64,000 nt of DNA. Source: Eledone cirrhosa (taxonomy: Eukaryota). The notes under the pieces are model-generated. The model was not told the origin of the DNA and ran no database searches. It worked only from the letters and a program-made list of their open reading frames with translations. The stretch is from contig OZ024745.1 of NCBI GenBank assembly GCA_964016885.1, positions 19,840,001-19,904,000 on the forward strand, given 5' to 3'. Below are positions 1 through 11,377 of this stretch, in pieces (position 1 is the stretch's first letter; each line of letters starts with the position of its first letter). A program made the translations under genes and the position numbers.

Positions 1-1890
1 AATCCTGACAGTAAGGTGTTCTGGAAATATGTTCATTCAAAGCAGAGACCTCACTCTCCAGTTGGTCCTCTTCGCAATCCCCACACAAGCCAGATCACTG
101 ATGATCCCAAAGAATGCGCAGAACTCATTGCTGAGTGCTATGCAAATATTTTTACTGTTGAAAACCAGAATGTACCATCTCCACCATCAAATTCCATAAC
201 AACTATGGAATTTACGCCTGCAATGTTGCGACATCACCTTAAGAATAAGCGCAACTTTGCCTCCCCTGGTCTTGATGGTGTTACATACCTGCTTCTCAAA
301 CTTGGCGGGTACTTACTTTTGCACCACCTTTTTTCTTCTTTCAATACTGTCTCAACAATGGTGCTACTCCGGAGCAGTGGAAAACTGCCAGTGTCATTCT
401 TCTGTTCAAAAAGGGCGACAGCACGTCACCTGTCAACTATCGTCCAGTCAGTCTTACTAGCTGTATTGCCAAACTGATGGAATCCTGTGTCAGAGAAACA
501 CTTTGGAACTTCTGGAGCTCTCACAGCCTCATCCGGCCCTCGCAGTTTGGATTTATCCCTAACTCCAGCTGTTGTGATCAGCTTATCGAGTTCCTTGAAG
601 ACATTACCCGGATCACTGACAGCGGCTCATGGATGGATGTTGTTTACCTTGACTTTGCTAAGGCTTTTAATTCTGTGCCACACAAAAGACTTATGGCAAA
701 ACTCTCTGCAATGGGTGTGAGGGATGATCTTTTTAACTGGTTGAAATCCTTCATTCTCAGCCGAAAAGAGGTAGTCACAGTTGTAGGACAGCATTCTTCA
801 CCAAATGAGATGTCATCTGGTGTACCACAGGGATCTGTTCTTGGTCCCCTTTTGTTTGTGGCATATATTAATGACATAGATGCCAACTTAAAGAATGTCA
901 CAGTATGAAATATGCAGATGACATCAAGCTGTACCTTGAAATCAAAAGGACTGATCCTGAAATCTACAACTCTTTCCTACAATCAGACCTGGACACAATG
1001 CAGCAATGGATCACAGACTGGCAACTGAAGCTGGCTGTGGACAAGTGTACCACCATGCATTTTGGGAGGAAAAATCCAGCGTCCACATACTCCCTCCACA
1101 ACACTGAGATCAAGAAGTCCTCTTGTGAACGTGACCTGGGCATTACTGTCAGCAGCGATTTGCGTTGGACAAAGCATGTCTCTAAGATTGTCAAGAAGGC
1201 CGAGGGTGTCTTGGCATCACTCAGCAAGACCTTTGTTAGCTGCTCTCCAGTCATCTATTTAAAGCTGTATACAGCTATGGTATGACACACTTGGAATTCG
1301 CATCATCAGTCTGGAACCCCTATCTTGCTCAGAACATTGACCTCCTAGAAACTGTTCAGAGATGTGCAACCAAGCGCATACCCTCCATCAGACACCTACC
1401 ATACTCTGAACGCCTTGCTTCCCTGGGCATGGATTCATTGAAGCTCCAACGTCTGGCGATGGACTTGGTAAACACCCACAAAGTTATTAGCCATCTCGCC
1501 AACAACAACCCTGAGCACTTTTTGATCTCCATGTGTCTAACACACGTGGACATGCCTACAAAATCAGAAAACAGCACAGCTCCCATGACTTTCGTAAACA
1601 TTTTTTCACGCTCAGAGTTGCTGAAGCATGGAACAAACTCCCTGCATCAGTTGTTAGCTGCCGAGGCACTGCATCCTTTAAAACCCTCATGCTTCCCGAA
1701 ATTCGCCAAAACTACACCTGATGTACCCCTTCCATACACATGCATACATGTGTATATCATGACTCATGCACTGTTCATTTTACTGACGTTTGTACATTAC
1801 CCTATGTAATATACATACACTTTTTGATGAGTTGTAGTGCACCTGAGCACTGTACACAATATTTCATTATTATTATTATTATTATTATTT
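1..1890 (+). mobile_element. CR1/L2-group LINE, frameshifted RT region plus 3' UTR and (ATT)n tail; cut by the window start
   Basis: Consecutive ORF pieces give SPGLDG, SQFGF, YLDFAKAF, SGVPQGSVLGPLLF, KYADD, ERDLG, LEFASSVWNPY and TRGHAYKI..FFTLRVAEAWNKLP. Ends in a tattattatt tail. Confidence 0.93.
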
Positions 1891-2350
1891 TATAAAGATG
1901 AATGACAAACTGAGAGATTTGTTTAAGTACGAAAACACAGCGACATCAATGCCACAACAGAAACAACATCATACTTAACTAAAAACTTAGAGTTGAAAGA
2001 ACTAAAAATGATAATGAATTGATTGTAATTCATAATAGTGACAAGAGCAATGAGTTTGTTATCATAGATAAAGACAAATACATCAGTAAAACAATGTACT
2101 CCAAGATAAAAGCTAATGAAGAAGTATGAAAGACAACACAGCCCAACTAAAAAACTACACTTCATAGATTAACCTCCATTTAATGCAAAAATTGGGTGCA
2201 TCTACTTCTTAAAACATTGAAGGAAAGTTTAAACCTGCACACATCTATAGCACAAATAGGTCACACAAACCTGAAAATAACCGGCTAGGGCCAATAATCT
2301 CATGAATCAACACACCCATGCACTCCTCCTCCTTCTCCACAACCACCTAC

Positions 2351-2351
<1 letters not shown>

Positions 2352-2381
<30 letters not shown>

Positions 2382-2542
2382 CTTCTTCTTCTTCTTCTTC
2401 TTCTTCACCTCCTCCTCCTCCTTTTTCTTTGCCCACTTATTTCTGAGAGGGTCGAGGGGCCGGAGTCCTCAAACAGTCTTTCCAGTATGTCCTATCAGAA
2501 ACAATCGTCTCCAACTGATCCAGCTGAATCCCCAAGCTCATG
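2352..2542 (-). mobile_element. Short 3' end of an RTE-like LINE with a (GAA)n tail
   Basis: Minus strand reads MSLGIQLDQLETIVSDRTYWKDCLRTPAPRPSQK*, with a DRxxW C-terminal motif, followed by (GAA)n. Confidence 0.55.
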
Positions 2543-2650
2543 ATAAATGTAGAAATTAAAAATAACAAACATAACACCACTGTTTACCCGAAGCACTCTA
2601 ACTAAGATCCATAAGGTACATAAATAGCATATGTGCCCACAGATAAAAAA

Positions 2651-2852
2651 TATGAGGGTCAGGTAAAAAATTCATAGGCTGACCAAGAAACTCTCATGGA
2701 ATGACCAAATGAGGTTTATTTTTCAACATAGTTCCTGGAAAGAAACAATGCGGTTATTAATAAGAAGAGTTGAAATTAATACATGCAAGATTTCACAGCT
2801 CTAGCATCACCCCTTCATAGTCGGCCTATGAAGTTTTTAGCTAACCCTTGTA
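2651..2852. mobile_element. Mariner-like MITE (~200 bp)
   Basis: Imperfect ~33-bp terminal inverted repeats (tatgagggtcaggtaaaaaattcataggctgac / gtcggcctatgaagtttttagctaacccttgta) with TA ends. Sister copies at 19757-20138 and ~47315-47640. Confidence 0.75.
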
Positions 2853-3174
2853 CTATTAGAACCAAATACACCCTAGTTAAAGAATGAACAAGTAATTAAA
2901 AAACTCCATAAAATAAAACACGACATGCATAAATCCTGACCGTTTTTGTTGTGTCACCAGCATGATGCCAGATATAATAACTGCCATGTTTTCTATGATC
3001 TCTTACCTCTCCCATGACATTTTAAGATGATTGCTAAATACATGAGCAATACATCGCTACTATGGCCATTTGATTCTGAAGATGAGACAATGAAAGCTTC
3101 AAAACATTAATACACATACATTTAAAAAACTACTGTTCGGGATTAAATATATAATCAACTAAAAGGAAAAATAC

Positions 3175-3194
3175 GTACATGTATACATACATAC

Positions 3195-3268
<74 letters not shown>

Positions 3269-3282
3269 ACATGTATACATGT

Positions 3283-3358
<76 letters not shown>

Positions 3359-3450
3359 ACATGTATACATGTATACATACATACATACATACACACACAC
3401 ATATATATATATGTGTGTATGTATGTATGTATGTATGTATACATGTATAC

Positions 3451-3491
<41 letters not shown>

Positions 3492-3660
3492 CATACATAC
3501 AGACATGCATGCATACATACATACATATATACACATGCATACAGACATGCATGCATGCATGCATACATACATACATATATATACATGCATACAGACATGC
3601 ATGCATGCATACATACATACATGCATACATACATATATAAATGCATACATACATGCATAA
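3175..3660. repeat. Compound (TA)n/(TACA)n/(CATG)n microsatellite
   Basis: Directly visible in the sequence. Confidence 0.95.
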
Positions 3661-3904
3661 ATATTCACCTTTAGCTTCATACCCATCATTATTGGAGCTA
3701 CGGGTTATATACCAACCCACTTGGACCAAAGTATGACTGAACTTGGATTTGCGGACAAAGAGCGCAGCTCCCTAATTCATAGTCTACAAATGGCTGCGAT
3801 AGCTGGCACCTTCAAAATTTGCAAAACATTCTTGCGATTCAAGGGATGACAATTTCTTTTCTTTTACAACCTTGCCACCAGGAAGGTGGCCGGTCAAAAA
3901 AAAA
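3661..3904 (+). mobile_element. 3' end of a restriction-like-endonuclease (RLE) non-LTR retrotransposon
   Basis: Frame 3661-3849, not in the ORF track, reads [15 protein letters not shown]...LGF...LQMAAIAGTFKICKTFLRFKG*, resembling the PIIVGALG RLE C-terminus. It is followed by the hairpin gccacc-aggaa-ggtggc and oligo-A. Confidence 0.7.
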
Positions 3905-4133
3905 TATACTCGAAATTAAGAGAAAGAGATATATACACACATGTAAATATGCATATATATGAGGATGTGTGTGTGTGTCGCTCTCTCCCTCTATATATAT
4001 ATATGTGTGTGGGTGCTTGTGTGTGTCTATATATATATATAGAGAGAGACACAGACAGACAGAGAGAAAGAGAGGAGAAGATCGAAAAAAGATAGACAAC
4101 TTGTAGTTAGGCATGTTTTATTGAAGCACACTG

Positions 4134-4458
4134 ACCACAACACCACCACAACAACACCACCCTACACCACCTACACCACCTACACCACCACCAACAACAA
4201 CAACACCACAACAACAACACCACCAACACCACCACCAACACCACCACCATCACCACCAACACCACCACCAACACCACCACCACCATCACCACCAACACCA
4301 CCACACCACCACCACCAACACCACCACCACCACCATCACCCCCCACGCCACACACCACCACCACCACCAACACTACCACCCCTACCTCCACCACCACCAC
4401 CACCACCAACACTACCATCACAACCAACACTACCACCACCACCACCACCACCACAACC

Positions 4459-4489
<31 letters not shown>

Positions 4490-4771
4490 CCACCATCACC
4501 ATCACCACCACCACCATCACCACCAACACCACAACAACACCACCACCACCAACACCACCACCGCCACCACCAACACCACCAACAACACCACCAACAACAA
4601 CACCACAACAACAGCACCACCAACACCAACACTACCACCACCACTGCCAACACCAACACCACCAACACTACCACCACCAACACCACCAACACCAACACCA
4701 TTATCACCACCACCACCACCAACACTACCATCACCACCAACACTACCACCACCACCACCACCACCACAACC

Positions 4772-4805
<34 letters not shown>

Positions 4806-5298
4806 CCACCATCACCATCAACACCACCACCATCACCACCAACACCACAACAACACCACCACCACCAACACCACCACCGCCACCACCAACACCACCAACA
4901 ACACCACCAACAACAACACCACAACAACAGCACCACCAACACCAACACTACCACCACCACTGCCAACACCAACACCACCAACACTACCACCACCAACACC
5001 ACCAACACCAACACCATTATCACCACCACCACCACCAACACTACCATCACCACCAACACTACCACCACCACCACCACCACCACAACCAACAACAACAACA
5101 ACAACAACAACAACACCACCACCATCACCATCAACACCACCACCATCACCACCAACACCACAACAACACCACCACCACCAACACCACCACCGCCACCACC
5201 AACACCACCAACAACACCACCAACAACAACACCACAACAACAGCACCACCAACACCAACACTACCACCACCACTGCCAACACCAACACCACCACCACC

Positions 5299-5332
<34 letters not shown>

Positions 5333-5608
5333 CCACCACCATACCATCACCATCAACACCACCACCATACCATCACCATCAACACCACCACCAACACTAC
5401 AACACCACCATACCATCACCACCAACACCAACACCACAACAACACCACCAACAACAACAACAACTACACCACAACAACAACAACACCACCATCACCATCA
5501 ACACCACCACAACACCAACACCACCAACACCACCACCATCACCACACCACCACCACCACCACCACCAACACCACCACCACCACCACCACCGCCGCCACTG
5601 CCAACAAC
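4134..5608. repeat. (CAC/CAA)n compound microsatellite with ~315-bp higher-order repeats
   Basis: The marker caccaccgccaccacc recurs at ~4555, ~4870 and ~5185. The 506-aa ORF here is a low-complexity artefact. Confidence 0.9.
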
Positions 5609-5892
5609 AGAGAGAGTCTAATCAGTATGATGTCAATGTAACATTGAATCCTGGCAAATGAAAATCTCCTATATCATCCGAACTTATGAAATGTGGTTCT
5701 GGTGATCTCAGAGCTATGGGGCTTATGAAAGAAAAGTAAATCTATGATGTTATTTCTAGAATCTGTATGTAGGTTGCTATGAATATATGCAAATGTTCAT
5801 GTTTGTATGTATATATACATATATATCTCATCATCATCATCATCATATATATGTATATATACATATATATATCATCACCATCTTCATTCTAT

Positions 5893-6053
5893 ATAGAGGG
5901 TTGGACGTCATGCTTTAGCATAGTTACGTCCCTTTATGGTCTGAGTTCAAATCCCGTCGAGGTTAACTTTACCTTTCATCCTAACGGGGTCGATAAAATA
6001 AAGTACCAGTAATGTACTAGGTAATTGCTGGCCTTGTGCCTAAAGTAGAAACA

Positions 6054-6058
<5 letters not shown>
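5893..6058 (+). mobile_element. tRNA-derived SINE family A (Meta-domain-like core), 5'-truncated
   Basis: B box gagttcaaatcc, core ctttcatcctaacggggtcgataaaataaagtaccag, and tail gtagaaacaatt. Confidence 0.85.
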
Positions 6059-6091
<33 letters not shown>

Positions 6092-6235
6092 CCTATATAT
6101 ATCATCATCATCATATATATCATCATCATCATATATATATATCATCATTTTCACATCCATTTTCCCAGCTGATATATATATGTGTGTGTGTGTGTGGTGC
6201 CTGGGAGTTGTATGGATATCTGTTTTCATATATGA

Positions 6236-6308
<73 letters not shown>

Positions 6309-6317
6309 TATATATAT

Positions 6318-6360
<43 letters not shown>

Positions 6361-6365
6361 AACTA

Positions 6366-7413
6366 AGAGTACATAAAAGATGTAGTGGGATTACAGGTAA
6401 GCTATCTAAGAACGTAGATTTTATATGTGGCCAATGCTCAGGTGCAATAAGTAGCAGCAAATGCCCACAGGATACTAGCTCCTTTTATTGCCCAGATGGT
6501 TCTATAGAAATAGTGGACACTTTCCGTTACCTGGGTGATGAAATCAGCAGTGGTGGAGGGTGCTCTGAAAGTACAGTAGTCAGAACTGGATAGAACAAAT
6601 TTAGAGAGCTTATACCACTAAAGGTTTCTCTCTAAAAATGAAAGGCAGATTGTATGATGCCTGTATACGAACAGCTATGTTACATGGCAGTGAGACATGG
6701 GCATTGCGTGCAGAGGACCTGCGCAGACTGGAGAGGAACGAAGCATGCATGCTCCGTTGGATGTGTAATAGTAATATACGCAAACGGCAAAGCATAAATG
6801 AACTAAGTGAGAAATTAGGAATAAGAGGGATCAGATGCTGTTTACTCGAAAGAAGACTATGTTGGTATGGTCACGTGATGCGCATGAAAAACGACAGCTG
6901 TATAAAAAAGTGCAGGGTGATCAAAATTTATGGAAGTTACGGAGTAGGTAGACCCAGAAAAACCTGGGACGATTTGATAAATTCCGACCTTACACACTTC
7001 CACCTCTCTAAGACAATGTCACTGGACCGAGATATTTGGCGCTATGCAGTAATACAGAAGACCCGCCTTGCCTATATACATAGCGAAACCTACAGTCAGT
7101 AGGCACTTCTTAACCAAATATACACCCATCCCACTACCCCTACTCCACCCCCACTCCCACCAACACCACCCTCTCTCTATAAAGTTATGTTGGTACCCCA
7201 ACATCCAGTCCAAAATAAATGAGGTTGTGTAGGTGTCCACGCTGTAATGTGGTTGGTGTTAGGAAGGGCATCCAGCCGTAGAAAACCTGCCAGACACTCC
7301 TATACGAGCGAGACACGGTCTCCCGACCAATCTTGCCTCAAGTGGGACAATTCCCGTCTAAACCCATGCTAGCGTGGAAGATAGACGTTAAACAATGATG
7401 ATGGTGATGATGA
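6366..7413 (+). mobile_element. 5'-truncated RTE LINE (PHD-finger family) with 3' UTR and (GAT)n tail
   Basis: [38 protein letters not shown]. Homologous to 39765-41582. Confidence 0.92.
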
Positions 7414-7481
7414 TATATATATATATATATATATACAATGATATTAAATAAATGGAAACTATATTTATAAAACCATATTTA

Positions 7482-7542
7482 TTTTATTATATATATTTCA
7501 AGAGTAACCAAGACAACATTAGTACGCTTTCATCAGATAAAA
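7482..7542 (-). ncRNA. Hammerhead ribozyme motif (mirror copy in the left arm)
   Basis: Reverse complement of the 7671-7731 motif. Confidence 0.65.
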
Positions 7543-7670
7543 TACAAAGTTTGTTTTATAAATAGAAAATCATACCTTATCGGTTGGAAATTCGCTGACT
7601 ACCAGCGAATTTCCAACCGATAAGGTATGATTTTCATGGGTATGTCTCTATTTATAAAACAAACTTTGTA

Positions 7671-7731
7671 TTTTATCTGATGAAAGCATACTAATGTTGT
7701 CTTGGTTACTCTTGAAATATATATAATAAAA
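7671..7731 (+). ncRNA. Type I minimal hammerhead ribozyme motif
   Basis: ttttat-CTGATGA-aagcatactaa..ttggttactctt-GAAA-tatata-TA-ataaaa. 6-bp stem I and palindromic stem III. Confidence 0.7.
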
Positions 7732-7934
7732 TAAATATGGTTTTATAAATATAGTTTCCATTTATTTAATATCATTGAATATTTACTCCAGTTTACTGTT
7801 GAGTGCTCTAAATCAGTTATAAACATTTATGTTTGTCGGACTTCCAACCAATTAAATACAACTTCTACCTATATATATATATATATATATATATATAGGT
7901 AGAAGTAACAAGTACCAAGTAACAGGAAACAAGT

Positions 7935-8856
7935 ACCACCAATCTCTGGGAGGGCCCTGTAGAAACAGTAGACAGCTTCTGCTACCTAGGTGACCGAATT
8001 AGCAACGGAGGTGGGTGCTCAGAAAGTACAATAACTAGGGTAAGAACGGGATGGAAGAAGTTTAGGGAACTACTACCACTGCTAGCTGCAAAAGGCTTCT
8101 CCCTCAGAATGAAAGGCAGACTGTATGATGCGTGTATCCGAACAGCGATGTTGCATGGTAGTGAGACCTGGGCGCTGAAGGTGGAAGACTTACGTAGATT
8201 AGAGAGAAACGAAGCCTGCATGCTCCGATGGATGTGTAACAGTAATATACGTGAACGACAAAGCATAAATGAATTGAGAGAGAGACTGAGCATAAGAGGA
8301 ATCAAATGCTGCGTGCAGGAGAGGCGGTTACGCTGGTATGGACATGTGATGCGTATGAAGGATGACAGCTGCATAAAAAGGTGCAGAGCACTAGAAGTTG
8401 ATGGAAACCGCGGAGTGGGGAGACCCAAGATGACTTGGGATGAGGTGATAAAAGCCGACCTTACCCAACTACACCTCTCAAAGTCAATGACACACGACCG
8501 TGACTTCTGGCGTCACGCAGTAATACAGGGTACCCGACCTCCCATGGGTACATGCTGAAGCATATAAACAATATGCCCCCCCCCCCACCGCAAGGTGGTC
8601 GTGGAGGTGCCACGGCAAAAAAGCACCCAGCCCACACTGTAAAGTGGACGTGTAGGCGCCACGAAAAAGCACCCAGCACTCACTGTAAATGAGGTTGGTG
8701 TTAGGAAGGGCATCCAGCTGTAGAAATCAAGCCAGATCAGTTCCTGTATGAGCAAGGCATGGTCAGCCGACCAGACACTGCCCACAACAGGACAACCCGT
8801 CTAACCCATGCTAGCGTGGAAGAACGGACGTAAAACGGTGATGATGATGATGATGA

Positions 8857-8860
<4 letters not shown>
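7935..8860 (+). mobile_element. 5'-truncated RTE LINE (PHD-finger family, second 3' UTR variant)
   Basis: ORF 8109-8558 with GSETW, LRWYGHVMR and GRPKMTW, followed by the 3' UTR and a (GAT)n tail. Confidence 0.92.
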
Positions 8861-8891
<31 letters not shown>

Positions 8892-8894
<3 letters not shown>

Positions 8895-9181
8895 AAATAG
8901 ATGCCTGGATTGGAGTATGGCGTACCTGTGTACTGTAAATTCAGGCAACTCTACTTGGCACTACATAGGTGCCACGGCTGGGGAGTTCAAGAAAAGGTGG
9001 TACGTCCACAGCCACTCCATGAAGAACCGTAGACTGGAGAACTCTACGACGCTCGCCAATAAAATCTGGCAGCTTAAAAACACAAACCAAGAATATAAGA
9101 TTAGCTGGTCAAAATTATCAGTAGCAAGGGCCTACAGCAACGGAATGTCCCACTGCGGACTTTATAATTTAGAACTACTCC
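8892..9181 (+). mobile_element. Penelope-like element GIY-YIG endonuclease fragment
   Basis: AYLCTV...YIGATAGEFKKRWYVH..S.....NSTTLANKIWQLK...YKISW...AYSNG..HCGL. Flanked by (TA)n on both sides. Confidence 0.8.
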
Positions 9182-9212
<31 letters not shown>

Positions 9213-9215
<3 letters not shown>

Positions 9216-9590
9216 CATCATCATTTCATTTTACGTCCGCTTTTCACTGCTTGCAAGGGTGGGAACTGATTCTGGCTTGATTTCTACAGCTGGATGCCCT
9301 TCCTAACACCAACCTCATTTACAGTGAGTGGTGGGTGCTTTTTTTCCGTGGCGCCTACACGTCCACTTTACAGTGTGGGCTGGGTGCTTTTTTGCCGTGG
9401 CACCTCCACGACCACTCTACAGTGGAATGATATGGACCCCAGTCCCTATCATCTCATTTCTACAGCTGAGTAAACTGGAGCAATGTGAAATATAGTGTCT
9501 TGCTCAAGGAAACAACACATCACCCGGTCTGAGAATTGAACTCACAACCTTTCGATTGCAAGGCCAATGCTCTAACCACTAAGCCATGTG
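9213..9590 (-). mobile_element. tRNA-derived SINE family B with RTE-derived tail
   Basis: Minus strand has A box tggcttagtggttagagc, B box gagttcaattct, ccttgagcaagacac core, then the RTE 3' UTR motif ggttggtgttaggaagggcatccagc and (gat)n. Confidence 0.85.
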
Positions 9591-9817
<227 letters not shown>

Positions 9818-9878
9818 ATATATATATGTATATATATAGAAATCACATGAATCGAAGTTCTGTTCAAACCATTTATTA

Positions 9879-9923
9879 GCTTACAATTGTTTCGTCCAAA
9901 CCGAGGTATGGAGTCTTCGGAGC
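9879..9923 (-). ncRNA. Hammerhead motif (CCGAAGA core variant)
   Basis: gct-CCGAAGA-ctcca..tggac-GAAA-caattg-TA-agc. Confidence 0.55.
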
Positions 9924-9997
9924 AATTTTTCAATGATTGTTTACATACATGACCTCCTTTCCAGCACAAGAGACATCCAGAAACATATATATATCGA

Positions 9998-10175
9998 TGC
10001 AGTATCGGTAGAGGGTTGGACGCCATGCTTTCCAGCATAGTTACGTCCCTTTACGATCTGAGTTCAAATCCCGCCGAGGTTGACTTTGCCTTTCATACTT
10101 ACGGGGTCGATAAAATAAAGTACCAGTAATGTACTGGATAATTGCTGGCCTTGTGCCTAAAGTAGAAACAATTAT
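9998..10175 (+). mobile_element. SINE family A
   Basis: Near-identical to 24482-24665. Confidence 0.88.
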
Positions 10176-10574
10176 AATATTTTAGCATGGCAATTTACAT
10201 TCAAAAATTAAAATCATATTAAAAGAAAATTAAAACAAAATTAAAATTAAAATACAACATCGGCAGTTTACGAAGATAATGCAAGAGGATAGTTTGAAGT
10301 AGTTATCTTACTGGTAATAAGGTAGTAATAAATTACTGTCTTTCACTGTTTAGGGTTTAAAATATATATAACTATAAAAAATTTTAGTATATACATAACC
10401 ATAAATAGTATCCTTAATACTACGTATATATATGTATATATATATATATATATATATTTTGAGTATATGTTCCTCAGTGAAATAACAGCCCAACCAGGAA
10501 CTGGGCATATCGTAGTATTGACAATATTATACACCTTGGCAACATATGTACTTGTCTATGCCACACTGGTTCGG

Positions 10575-10629
10575 ACTGCCTGAAGAGGTCACAGCCAAAG
10601 ATGGCTGTCACTGAAATATATATGGCGGC
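10575..10629 (+). ncRNA. Hammerhead motif with mutated cleavage site; homolog of 15441-15495
   Basis: actgc-CTGAAGA-ggtcacagcc..ggctgtcact-GAAA-tatata-TG-gcggc. Confidence 0.6.
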
Positions 10630-10684
10630 AATAGACGAAGCTAAATTTTAAACATTTGACTTTTTATTTAACTTTATTTTATTT

Positions 10685-11002
<318 letters not shown>

Positions 11003-11007
11003 GTATC

Positions 11008-11068
<61 letters not shown>

Positions 11069-11303
11069 TTATTAAAATAACAGACAGATTAAAGTTTAAG
11101 CAAAGAATCGCTGCTTTCACCCTTAACGGGATCTTCTGAAACTAAAAAAGTCAATCTGTGAACGCAGAAGTGAATATTTCAAAAAACGTTGCAACTTTAA
11201 TCTGTTATTTTAATAAATATTTGCTCTACGGTCCTTATATATTTGATATATATTTATCCTTATCGAGCCCTCTTTGGATTTTAGTCTTCAAATTTATTAT
11301 TAT

Positions 11304-11376
<73 letters not shown>

Positions 11377-11377
<1 letters not shown>

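Larger units (their letters stand above)
7436..7870. mobile_element. Fold-back non-coding element carrying hammerhead motifs (Penelope pseudo-LTR-like), flanked by (TA)n
   Basis: Near-perfect inverted repeat 7436-7777 with ~160-bp arms and loop actac, followed by a unique tail. Confidence 0.75.

Noticed and set aside
4121-5641. 506-aa mucin- or extensin-like ORF
   Set aside because: It is a CAC/CAA microsatellite with a non-ATG start and no supporting gene structure.
11101-11145. Hammerhead on the minus strand (CAGAAGA..ccc-gttaa-ggg-tGAAA)
   Set aside because: There is no convincing stem I, stem III or UH cleavage site.
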